Below are positions 1-8,652 of a DNA stretch of 64,000 nt, in pieces (the first letter of the stretch is position 1; every line of letters starts with the position of its first letter). The notes under the pieces are model-generated. The model had not been told where the DNA came from and did not search any database. It saw only the letters and a program-made list of their open reading frames with translations. The position numbers and the translations under genes are program-made. This DNA comes from Ignavibacteriota bacterium (GTDB lineage: Bacteria > Bacteroidota > Ignavibacteria > Palsa-1295): the NCBI GenBank assembly GCA_963787835.1, contig CAWBEI010000002.1:576001-640000 (forward strand). The letters are read 5' to 3'.

Positions 1-389
1 TCCCAAAGCGCTTTCGCTTTGTCTGTAAGAAGATTTGATTTAACAAATCCCTCTGCTTCTGCAAATCGCTCGGCGCCTTCGCCAACAAGCATAACATGCG
101 GCGTTTTTTCCATCACGCGCCGCGCGATGGATGCAACATGCTCGTAATTTCGCACGAAAGCTACAGCCCCGCAATTACCTTCGTGATCCATGATGGAGGC
201 ATCGAGCGTTACCTCTCCAATCGCATCCGGCAAACCGCCGCGACCCACTGACATGCAGGTCAGGTCGGCTTCGCAAAAACGCGCGCCAAGTTCCACAGCA
301 TCGAGCGCGCTTTTGCCGTTCAGGATGGCATCGTAGGTAATTTGGTTTGGTTTGAAGCCATGCTTCCATGTTGAGAGGGAAAGAATCAA
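1..389 (-). CDS. N(4)-(beta-N-acetylglucosaminyl)-L-asparaginase / isoaspartyl peptidase family (Ntn hydrolase), 5' part; runs off window start
   Basis: Manual translation from TTG at 389 (not in ORF track): MILSLSTWKHG...SALDAVELG...SVGRGGLPDAIGEVTLDASIMD...GAVAFV...IARRVMEKTPHVMLVGEGAERFA, typical asparaginase_2 motifs. Confidence 0.9.
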   Translation of the reverse strand, partial: MILSLSTWKHGFKPNQITYDAILNGKSALDAVELGARFCEADLTCMSVGRGGLPDAIGEVTLDASIMDHEGNCGAVAFVRNYEHVASIARRVMEKTPHVMLVGEGAERFAEAEGFVKSNLLTDKAKALW

Positions 390-393
390 ATTT

Positions 394-1044
394 TTAATAG
401 AAATTAATTGGCGCTTTGTAGATGATTCCGCTATCGATGTGCACTGTATCAGCCATAGAACTTCCTTGTGACGTGTCGATCGCCAAAAAGCTAAACTTGC
501 CGCTGATCAGATTGTTAACGGTATCAAGATCCGTTATCGTTAATATTCCAGTGTGCTTCATATCCGTGAACCATGTATAATCTGTCAAAACACCAACGGT
601 ATCGGGCCATAGTGCCACACTGGCACTGCCTTGCAAAAGTGGGCAGTTTATTTTTATTAAAGAGTTTGAAGGCGCCTGGAGTGTCAAGTCTAAGGAGAAA
701 GTACCAGTGTCAGGTAAATCGTAAACAAATTTTGATATATAAGGGAGACTTCGAACCACAAACGAAATTTGAGCACTACTACCTGCGCCATCACCGCCTT
801 CTCCAGAAATCATAAAAAGTGAATCGGAGGACCAATACCCAACTTGCATAGTCGAAAGAGCTTCACCTTCGTAATCATAAATAACGTAGTGATGACCCTG
901 AGCAGAAAAAGTGATTTGTGCATCACCTACTTTCCCGCCTACAAATGAAATTGGCGGAGCACATCCTACCAAAACCACAAGAAAAATTGCGTACTTAGCA
1001 TTTCGCATGTCGCAACAACAATGAGCGAGTACGAGTGTGTTCAC
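394..1044 (-). CDS. hypothetical exported protein, probable lipoprotein
   Basis: 216-aa ORF; MRNAKYAIFLVVLVGC lipobox-like N-terminus (true start probably the internal Met near 1008); beta-rich C-terminus GILTIT..D..NNLISGKFSF. Confidence 0.6.
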   Translation of the reverse strand: MNTLVLAHCCCDMRNAKYAIFLVVLVGCAPPISFVGGKVGDAQITFSAQGHHYVIYDYEGEALSTMQVGYWSSDSLFMISGEGGDGAGSSAQISFVVRSLPYISKFVYDLPDTGTFSLDLTLQAPSNSLIKINCPLLQGSASVALWPDTVGVLTDYTWFTDMKHTGILTITDLDTVNNLISGKFSFLAIDTSQGSSMADTVHIDSGIIYKAPINFY

Positions 1045-1126
1045 TTAAAGAATCATAAATGAAAGAGCCAGAAGATTTGTTAAGGTATCAATTCCATAAA
1101 TCTTTTTCTCATTTTTAATAACAATT

Positions 1127-1549
1127 ATGCCAGATCTCAAGAACAGCAAGACATTTCATAATCTCAAAGAAGGCTTTGCGGGCGAGTCCCAGGCAAATCG
1201 CCGTTATCTTTATTTCGCGCGTCAGGCGGATATCGAAGGCCAGCCCGATGTAGCCGGCGTGTTCCGCGATACCGCCGAAGGCGAAACGGGACATGCGTTC
1301 GGCCACATGGAGTATCTCGCCGAAGTCGGCGATCCCGCCACCGGGCTTCCCGTCGGCGATACCAAAACGAATCTGCAAGCCGCGATCGCAGGCGAGACCT
1401 ACGAATACACCGAGATGTATCCCGGCTTTTCTAAAACCGCTCGCGAAGAAGGTTTCGACGAAATTGCCGAATGGTTCGAAACCCTCGCGCGCGCTGAGAA
1501 ATCCCACGCGGGAAGGTTCCAGAAAGCATCCGACTCTATAGTGGCCTAA
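1127..1549 (+). CDS. rbr: rubrerythrin (short aerobic-type, no rubredoxin domain)
   Basis: [38 protein letters not shown] diiron motifs. Confidence 0.93.
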   Translation: MPDLKNSKTFHNLKEGFAGESQANRRYLYFARQADIEGQPDVAGVFRDTAEGETGHAFGHMEYLAEVGDPATGLPVGDTKTNLQAAIAGETYEYTEMYPGFSKTAREEGFDEIAEWFETLARAEKSHAGRFQKASDSIVA

Positions 1550-1564
1550 TCACAGTGGACGGAG

Positions 1565-1606
1565 TGGACAACATGGACGAATTGTCCAATTCGTCCGTGT
1601 TGTCCA
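1565..1606. repeat. 20-bp inverted repeat built from 9-nt TGGAC-periodic units
   Basis: TGGACAACATGGACGAATTG (1565-1584) vs CAATTCGTCCGTGTTGTCCA (1587-1606), one G.U-type mismatch. Confidence 0.85.
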
Positions 1607-1613
1607 TTAAAAA

Positions 1614-2936
1614 ATGATGGTCTTTGATACCCACGATCCACTCTATTGGAACTCGGCCGATCTCCAGGCAGAGTTCACGCGTGTGCTCGATGTGTGCAAC
1701 GGCTGCAGGCTGTGCGATGGGCTATGCCCATCGTTCAATGATGTCTTCGACCGTATCGAAGAGGAAGACGATAAACTTTCTGCAGCCGGACAAGCCAAAG
1801 AGAATCCCGTTCATCAACTGAAGAAAGCAGATTATGACAAGGTCGTAGATTTTTGCTATCAGTGCAAACTCTGCTACCCGAAGTGCCCGTACACCCCGCC
1901 GCATGAGTACATGCTGGATTTCCCTCGACTTCTCCTGCGCGCCGATGCGATAAAAACCAAAGAGCGTGGCAAGAGCCTCCAGCAAAAACTTCGCGATGAA
2001 ATAACCGGCGATACCGACCGCTCCGGAAAAATCGCCGCCGCAATCCCCGGCGTTATGAATTGGGCTGCGAATAACAAGCTCGGGCGCAAGACGCTGGAAG
2101 TTGTTGCCGGGATCGATCACAGGAAAAAGCTTCCCATTTATCAGAAGGAAACATTCCAAGCTTGGTGGAAACATCAAAAGAAATCTGCTCCTTCAACACC
2201 AATTGACAAAGTGGCTCTCTTCTACACTTGCATGGTCGATCAGAATAAGCCCTGGATCGGCGAGCAGTATGTGAAGATGTTGGAGAAATTCGGCATTGAA
2301 GTGACGGTTCCAGAACAGGAATGTTGCGGAATGCCCGAACTTGGCACCGGAAATATCGGGAAACTAACGAAGACCGCTGATCGCAACATTGCGCGGCTTA
2401 TGCCTTACGTCGATGCGGGAATGAAAATTATCGCGATGAGCCCCAGTTGCTCCATGATGCTGCGGCAGGACTATGCCCATTACGCGTCGGACAAATCCGC
2501 CGCAGAGCGGGTGATGGCCACAGTAATGGATCCTCTTGAATATCTTATGAGGCTGCACCGCGAAAAGAAGATCACCCTCGAATTTCCGGTCAGCGTGGGC
2601 GAAACCATCACCTATCATCTTCCATGCCATTTGCGCGTGCAGAACGTGGGATTTAATTCCCGCGACCTGATGAAGATGATTCCTGGACTAAAGGTTAACA
2701 TGGTTCAGCAATGCTCCGGGCATGATGGATCGTGGTCCTCGAAGAAAGAATATTACGAGATCTCGCTCGATGTTGGTAAAAAGCTTTTCAAGGCCATCGA
2801 CAAGGAAAAACCCGCTCAGGCGATCGCGCCCACGGTCGCCAGCGATTGTTCGCTTGCGCATCTGCATATTGAAGAAGGAACCGGCGAACACGCAAAGCAT
2901 CCGATCGAGATACTTTATAAAGCAATGGGATTATGA
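1614..2936 (+). CDS. rubrerythrin-associated Fe-S oxidoreductase (GlpC/HdrD-like, CCG domains)
   Basis: CNGCRLCDGLCP and CYQCKLCYPKCP ferredoxin motifs; CCGMP, HLPCHL, QCSGHDG, SDC CCG-domain motifs. Confidence 0.88.
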   Translation: MMVFDTHDPLYWNSADLQAEFTRVLDVCNGCRLCDGLCPSFNDVFDRIEEEDDKLSAAGQAKENPVHQLKKADYDKVVDFCYQCKLCYPKCPYTPPHEYMLDFPRLLLRADAIKTKERGKSLQQKLRDEITGDTDRSGKIAAAIPGVMNWAANNKLGRKTLEVVAGIDHRKKLPIYQKETFQAWWKHQKKSAPSTPIDKVALFYTCMVDQNKPWIGEQYVKMLEKFGIEVTVPEQECCGMPELGTGNIGKLTKTADRNIARLMPYVDAGMKIIAMSPSCSMMLRQDYAHYASDKSAAERVMATVMDPLEYLMRLHREKKITLEFPVSVGETITYHLPCHLRVQNVGFNSRDLMKMIPGLKVNMVQQCSGHDGSWSSKKEYYEISLDVGKKLFKAIDKEKPAQAIAPTVASDCSLAHLHIEEGTGEHAKHPIEILYKAMGL

Positions 2937-3508
2937 TCACCCTCTCCGACATTCTTAACATCGCCGAATACGAAAAGCAACGCCCCGAATACCGTAAACG
3001 TATGATCGAGGCGAAGAAGAATCGCCGCATTTCGGTTGGGCCGTTCATGACATTCGTATTTGAGAACCGTGATACCGTTCTTTTCCAAATTCAGGAAATG
3101 GTCCGAACCGAACGGATGGTCTATGATAAAGACATCCAGCATGAGATCGATACCTACAGCCAACTTTTGCCATCGCACGATGAACTTTCTGCTACACTTC
3201 TCATCGAGATCACCGAGAAAGAGCAGATCAAACCAACGCTCGATTCGCTTGTAGGCCTGACGAAAGATTCCATCTATCTCATGATCGGCGATAAAGAGAT
3301 CGACACCATTTTCGATGAAGAACAATCCGAAGAAGGGCGAATTTCGGCAGTGCAATATGTCCGATGGAAATTGAGCACAGAAGATATAGAACGTCTTCGA
3401 GCCGGCGATTCAGAAGTGGGAATTCTCATCCGTCATCCGAATTATCACCACTTCACTCGGCTGACAAACGATCAGCGCGCAGCAATAGCAAAAGATTTGA
3501 GCGAGTAA
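2933..3508 (+). CDS. DUF3501 family protein
   Basis: YEKQR..R..MI..KKNRRISVGP...FENRDTV.FQIQEMVR.E; ATGA overlap with upstream gene; usual third gene of this cluster. Confidence 0.85.
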   Translation: MITLSDILNIAEYEKQRPEYRKRMIEAKKNRRISVGPFMTFVFENRDTVLFQIQEMVRTERMVYDKDIQHEIDTYSQLLPSHDELSATLLIEITEKEQIKPTLDSLVGLTKDSIYLMIGDKEIDTIFDEEQSEEGRISAVQYVRWKLSTEDIERLRAGDSEVGILIRHPNYHHFTRLTNDQRAAIAKDLSE

Positions 3509-3510
3509 AA

Positions 3511-4590
3511 TTACAGCACCCGAAGTTCTTTCGGAGATGTCGTTAGGACTTCGCAGCCTTCGCGGCGGATAACAATATCATCCTCGATACGAACGCCACC
3601 CAACCCATCCAGGTAAATTCCAGGCTCGATGGTCACGACCATATTCGGTTCGAGCTTATAGCGCTCGCCCCGCTGCGATACCTTCGGAAGCTCATGAACT
3701 TCGATCCCTAATCCATGTCCCGTCGAATGGCCGAACTTTGAGCCATAGCCATGCAGCGTGATGTAATCTCTGGCAACAGAATCGAGATCCCTCGCGCTCA
3801 TCCCTGCAGCAACCTTATCGATAGCCCGCTGCTGCGCGGCATGAACGATCTCATAGATCTTTTGCAATTCCACATTGACCTTCCCTACCGCAACGGTGCG
3901 AGTCATGTCAGAATTAAATCCCTTGTGGACGCATCCGAAATCCAACGTGACCAACTCCCCCTTGCGTATCTTTTTATCGGTGGCGGCGCCATGCGGAAGT
4001 GCGGATCGTTCGCCGCTTGCTACGATGATGTTAAATGCTTCACGTTCTCCGCCACATATTCTTGTTTGGTACGCGATCTCGGCAGCGATCTCTCGTTCGG
4101 TTACGCCTGGCTTTATTTCGGGTATTACTTTATCATAGACCGCATCGCCGATCTGGGCTGCTTTACGGATCGCGTCGATCTCATCCTCGGATTTGATCAT
4201 GATAAGCTTTTCCACAACCTCCGTTTGCGGATCGAGCTTCACATGCCTGAATTTCGTACGCAGGAAATCATACATCGAGTAGCTGATGTGATTTTTCTCG
4301 AACCCAAGGTGATCGTAATCGGAAAAAAGCTGCTTTTCTACAAGGGTATCTGGAATGGTGCGGTCCCGATCGACGATAGAGATCTTGGCGCCTACTACTT
4401 CCGTCTTAACCTGCGCTTTATACCGGAAATCGGTAAAAAAATGGGGCTTGCCCTGCGCCGGGACGATCAAGAGGCCGTTCGAGCCTGAATAATTAATGAG
4501 GTACTGAATATGGGGAAGATGGGTAACGAGCAGTGCATCGAGCCCTATGTCCTTAACCGTCTTTTGTAATTTTGCTAATCGAGCCATCAT
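3511..4590 (-). CDS. Xaa-Pro aminopeptidase / dipeptidase (M24B)
   Basis: Creatinase N-domain plus DFG..SDMTRT, HSTGHGLGIEVHE, TIEPGIY, GVRIEDD metal ligands. Confidence 0.92.
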   Translation of the reverse strand: MMARLAKLQKTVKDIGLDALLVTHLPHIQYLINYSGSNGLLIVPAQGKPHFFTDFRYKAQVKTEVVGAKISIVDRDRTIPDTLVEKQLFSDYDHLGFEKNHISYSMYDFLRTKFRHVKLDPQTEVVEKLIMIKSEDEIDAIRKAAQIGDAVYDKVIPEIKPGVTEREIAAEIAYQTRICGGEREAFNIIVASGERSALPHGAATDKKIRKGELVTLDFGCVHKGFNSDMTRTVAVGKVNVELQKIYEIVHAAQQRAIDKVAAGMSARDLDSVARDYITLHGYGSKFGHSTGHGLGIEVHELPKVSQRGERYKLEPNMVVTIEPGIYLDGLGGVRIEDDIVIRREGCEVLTTSPKELRVL

Positions 4591-4707
4591 AACCTAATAG
4601 AATATATGGGGAGACTGCGGCCAGGCGGGTGATACAGCGCCGTGGCTCACGCTGCGGCCTTAACGCACGGGAAGGCAGTAAAGCTTCTGGAAAAATCCCG
4701 TAAATTA

Positions 4708-5910
4708 CTATTTCATTACCGAGCCGGAGCTCCCTGGAGAGGTGCTGGGGGATCCGGCATCGCAGAGCCAAGACCATTCCTTTCTAAGGCGACCAGCGAG
4801 ATCAGATGGAACTTCATGCGACATCCCAGGGACATTTTCGAAGACAAATGGAAGCTTCCCTGCTTCGCAGGATCGTTTGGCTTCCATCATGCTATGGAGA
4901 AAACCGGGGGTTTCGAACTCGCCGCTCATCGCGTAAATTCGGAGTCCGGCGCTAGCAGAATTAGCAACCATTTCTCGAGATAAGGGCTGATCGAACACGC
5001 CAGCAATAGCGATCACCCCGCGCACCCTATCCGAATGAACGAACCCATATTTCATCCCTGTATTCGCACCCTGGGAGAAACCTGCAATATAAATGTCGGG
5101 TGAATAGCCGCACTGCGCAGTGTAGCGATCGAGCAAACCCGAAAGAAATTCATCAGAATTATAATAGGTATCGTCCCAACTATTATCATTCTCGGAATCT
5201 CGAATGCATCCGGCAGGAATGAGAACGGCAACATTAAGTGAATCCGCAACGGCTCGCCAATGCAAAGCAAATTCGCGGTACGATGCATTACCACCATGCA
5301 AAGCCAGTATAAGTGGCCGGTGTACCGAGAGCGAATCCTTTATCGTCGGCGTAAGGGAATCAAAGGATAAGAGTCGCCTGAGCTTTCCACTTGGGGTCAA
5401 TGAGCTGGAGTCGTTATCAAAGCAACGCGGTAAAACAAGGATTGGTGGTTGTTTATGCCAGGACGCTGCAGATAGTTGACGAAGTGTTTCGTAGCATTTT
5501 GTGAGGGAATCAAGCCAGGATGGACCGACAACGTGTCTGAGAATTTCATCGCTGCTTATTACATCGGTGCTCCAGTAATCGCTTTGAAGCGAAGCTAAGA
5601 TCGCGGAGCGGGCTTGAACGGTATCGGCAAGCCTCGCGGATGTACTTGCGATCCCGTATTCCGCAAATCCGGAATACCACCGGGTCATCGGGGTATTCAG
5701 AGTGTTGCAAAATTCAACAATTGTTTTGAACGTGGAGCGGGCGCTTCGAAGGTCGTGATGGCCATACGCCAGACCTACTTCATGTAGAAGCTTCGAAAGC
5801 TCCTGAAACCGATTTGCTGCCGATGGCGTGGTACCGTTGGGATTTGACCCCAAAAACGGCATAAATATTGACGATATCAGAAAAAGCAAGACCATAGGTG
5901 TAACTCCCAA
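4708..5910 (-). CDS. exported alpha/beta-hydrolase (esterase-like) with N-terminal helical region
   Basis: Signal-like N-terminus; LALHGG oxyanion motif, GFSQG nucleophile elbow, C-terminal GMSH. Confidence 0.65.
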   Translation of the reverse strand: MGVTPMVLLFLISSIFMPFLGSNPNGTTPSAANRFQELSKLLHEVGLAYGHHDLRSARSTFKTIVEFCNTLNTPMTRWYSGFAEYGIASTSARLADTVQARSAILASLQSDYWSTDVISSDEILRHVVGPSWLDSLTKCYETLRQLSAASWHKQPPILVLPRCFDNDSSSLTPSGKLRRLLSFDSLTPTIKDSLSVHRPLILALHGGNASYREFALHWRAVADSLNVAVLIPAGCIRDSENDNSWDDTYYNSDEFLSGLLDRYTAQCGYSPDIYIAGFSQGANTGMKYGFVHSDRVRGVIAIAGVFDQPLSREMVANSASAGLRIYAMSGEFETPGFLHSMMEAKRSCEAGKLPFVFENVPGMSHEVPSDLAGRLRKEWSWLCDAGSPSTSPGSSGSVMK

Positions 5911-6042
5911 ATATACAACCCCGATAAAATCCCTTTATCACAAACTGTAGTCTTTTCTTTTCCAATCGAATTCGATCCGTGATTCCAATTTAACCATTCC
6001 TTCTGGGCACTATAATGTTCCTCTCGCTTTTCATAGCACTTC

Positions 6043-7668
6043 ATGTTACGGCTTCGGCTCATTTTGTGGTACTCGTTGCTCGTCGTGCTCACGATCGGGG
6101 CGATCGGGCTATTTCAATATTTCAAGATACAGCAATCCCTGTTCAGCGCGCTGGATACTTCGCTCATCGAGGATGCCCGTATCACGCTGACGCTCATATC
6201 CACGCTGCCAGCAACCTCGAATCCTCACGAGATGATCCAGCATGGCGAGGCCCATTCCGCCAACTCCCTTCGCGACCTTATCGACCGCGCACTTACTGAA
6301 GTGCCGGATACGCTCAAAGGCACCGCCCTTGCCGATCGCGTCGTCAGTGAGATCATCGATCAGGTGCTGACCGAACTCTCCTTTCAGGATTCTACTGGCA
6401 GAACCGCCGATCCGCTGGATGCCATCGTGGAGCGAACGGTTTCGAGCCGCAGAAATAATTTCGTCGAAATTTATGCCATCACGAAAGATTCTGCCGGCGT
6501 TCACCATGATGCGCAGTTCTTCCGAACGCCAAATCTTGGCATCGATACCATGATGCGGCTCGTCCGAGGGGCGCGTGTGCGAGCGGAGTCCGACACAACC
6601 TCCGCCTACCACACCATCCGCATCAAAAATGAACCTGTGCGGGTAGCCCGTGCCCGTAACGAGCGCTTCGATGTCTATGTCGGCTATCCCGTTACCGACA
6701 TCGAGGAAAGCCTGACGCGCGTGCGATCCTCCTTCTACATCGGCCTCCCGCTTGCGCTCGCGATCTCGATCTTCGGCGGCTTGTGGCTTGCCCGCAAAGC
6801 CCTCCGCCCGATGGAACAGATCGCCGATACCGCTCGCGAGATCGGCGCGAAAAATCTTTCACAGCGCATCGAACTGCCCGACAAGACCGACCGCGAAATG
6901 GCCACGCTCATCGAAACGCTGAACTCCATGTTCGCGCGTCTGGAAAGTTCCTTCCAGCAAGTGACCCAGTTCACCTCCGATGCCTCCCATGAACTCAAAA
7001 CTCCGCTCTCCATCATGAAGGGCGAGATCGAGCAAGCTGCGCGCCACTTAGAGGCTGCCGATACGCTCGACCCCGAAGAAGCGCGACAGGTACTCGCCAG
7101 CGCGATGGAAGAGGTCGATCGCATGCAGCGCATCGTCGAAGGCCTGCTCTTGCTCTCCCGCGCCGACGACCGACAGCTTCCGCTGGAACTCCAAAGCATC
7201 GAGATCTATCGGTATCTCGATGGTCTCCTCGAAGATGGCGAGATCCTTGCCGAAGAGCGCGGCTTGCAGCTCGTCAAGCAGTTCGATGAAGCAGCCCGAA
7301 CCAAGAAGATCAAGGCCGACCCCACCCGCCTCTATCAGGTCGTCATGAACTTGCTCGATAACGCGCTGAAATACACTCCCGCCGGCGGAAAAGTTACCTT
7401 GTTCCTAACCAGCATCGACCACCAGATCCGGTTTGGAGTTGCCGATACCGGTATTGGAATCGCAAAAGAAGATCTGCAGAAAGTCTTTCGCAGGTTCTAC
7501 CGTACCGACGAAGCCCGCACCGGCCCCCACGAAGATGCCGAACGCTCGCTTGGCCTTGGCCTCGCCATCGTTAAATCCATCGTCGAAGCGCATGGCGGCA
7601 CCATTGCCGTCGAAAGCGAAGTCGGCAAAGGCGCCCGGTTCACGATTACGATGCCAGTGGTGGATTAG
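6043..7668 (+). CDS. HAMP-domain sensor histidine kinase
   Basis: Two TM segments, [14 protein letters not shown]-box, [23 protein letters not shown]. Confidence 0.93.
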   Translation: MLRLRLILWYSLLVVLTIGAIGLFQYFKIQQSLFSALDTSLIEDARITLTLISTLPATSNPHEMIQHGEAHSANSLRDLIDRALTEVPDTLKGTALADRVVSEIIDQVLTELSFQDSTGRTADPLDAIVERTVSSRRNNFVEIYAITKDSAGVHHDAQFFRTPNLGIDTMMRLVRGARVRAESDTTSAYHTIRIKNEPVRVARARNERFDVYVGYPVTDIEESLTRVRSSFYIGLPLALAISIFGGLWLARKALRPMEQIADTAREIGAKNLSQRIELPDKTDREMATLIETLNSMFARLESSFQQVTQFTSDASHELKTPLSIMKGEIEQAARHLEAADTLDPEEARQVLASAMEEVDRMQRIVEGLLLLSRADDRQLPLELQSIEIYRYLDGLLEDGEILAEERGLQLVKQFDEAARTKKIKADPTRLYQVVMNLLDNALKYTPAGGKVTLFLTSIDHQIRFGVADTGIGIAKEDLQKVFRRFYRTDEARTGPHEDAERSLGLGLAIVKSIVEAHGGTIAVESEVGKGARFTITMPVVD

Positions 7669-7845
7669 CTGTCAAAAAGAAATAGGTGCCATTTCTTTTT
7701 CTTGCTGAGTTCCCGACCACCCTCGTTTTCAAGCTGTTTTCGCCATTTTCTGAATAAGTTATCCACAAAATGCTTTCATGGAGAACACGTTCATAACGAA
7801 ACCCACCGCCGGCTGCCAGATTGTCAATGAACATGACACCAACAC

Positions 7846-7875
7846 TCATCTTTTATCTTTCATATTTCATCTTTT
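7846..7875. repeat. heptamer tandem array (TCATCTT-like x4)
   Basis: tcatctt ttatctt tcatatt tcatctt. Confidence 0.6.
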
Positions 7876-7984
7876 CCCCGGATAGGTGCCTATAGTTTCA
7901 CTTTCAATATACGACACTTTTTGTGGGACATTGCGAAATCCGAAATTCTCTTAACCGTGCAACAACTTATGCGACCGTGCGGTT

Positions 7985-8200
7985 ATGATAATCATGGAGA
8001 CCAGAACCAAACCAAACATGCGCACGAGGAGCCCAAAACCCTCCACCACGCGAAGCAAAAAATCTTCACTCGAAGGGGTGCTTGACCGTATTGCTGAAAT
8101 GGGCCAAAAAATACCCTCCGATGAACGCGCGCTGATTCCACGCGACGCCGCAATGAATGTGGAGCACTATCTCTACGGAGCGCCCAAAGAACGATCTTGA
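7985..8200 (+). CDS. putative antitoxin of PIN toxin
   Basis: Small ORF overlapping the PIN gene; C-terminal NVEHYLYGAPK resembles HDHYLYG-type antitoxins; start uncertain. Confidence 0.7.
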   Translation: MIIMETRTKPNMRTRSPKPSTTRSKKSSLEGVLDRIAEMGQKIPSDERALIPRDAAMNVEHYLYGAPKERS

Positions 8201-8607
8201 ATATTGTTTTTGCCGACACTGGGTTTTGGGTTGCCCAGCTTTTACCGGATGACGCACTCCATCCGATCGCACGTGAGTGGTCGCGGACCTACGCGAAGAA
8301 GAGCACGATCGTAACCTCCGATCTTGTGCTCACAGAGTTCCTGAATTTTGTGAGCAGATTCGGCACATATTCCCGCGAACAGGCTGTCATGGCATGTCAG
8401 AACCTCTATGACGCCGAAGAGATCATGATCGTACCCGCGCACCGAGCCCTTATTAGGGAGGCCATGGAAATGTACCGCGATTTTTCCGACAAGCGTTGGA
8501 GCTTTACCGATTGCTCCTCCTTTATCATCATGCGAGAGAGGAAAATTACCGACGCTCTAACCCACGATCATCATTTCGTGCAAGCCGGCTTCAAGAGATT
8601 GTTGTGA
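8197..8607 (+). CDS. vapC: PIN-domain (VapC-like) toxin
   Basis: VFADTGFW, VLTEF, SFTDCSSF, LTHDHHF acidic PIN residues. Confidence 0.9.
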   Translation: MNIVFADTGFWVAQLLPDDALHPIAREWSRTYAKKSTIVTSDLVLTEFLNFVSRFGTYSREQAVMACQNLYDAEEIMIVPAHRALIREAMEMYRDFSDKRWSFTDCSSFIIMRERKITDALTHDHHFVQAGFKRLL

Positions 8608-8618
8608 CCAGCATCCAC

Positions 8619-8650
8619 CTCTTACTTCTTAACTCTTACTTCTTACTTTC
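8619..8650. repeat. heptamer tandem array (TCTTACT-like x4)
   Basis: ctcttacttcttaactcttacttcttacttt between convergent genes. Confidence 0.65.
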
Positions 8651-8652
8651 CC

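Noticed and set aside
175-369. 64-aa ORF in the track
   Set aside because: Wrong frame; the real gene is the asparaginase-family ORF from 389 running off the window
3751-4488. 245-aa plus-strand ORF
   Set aside because: Antisense to the M24 peptidase; typical shadow ORF
7759-7767. Perfect DnaA box TTATCCACA
   Set aside because: Only one copy seen, no box cluster and no dnaA/dnaN context, so not called oriC
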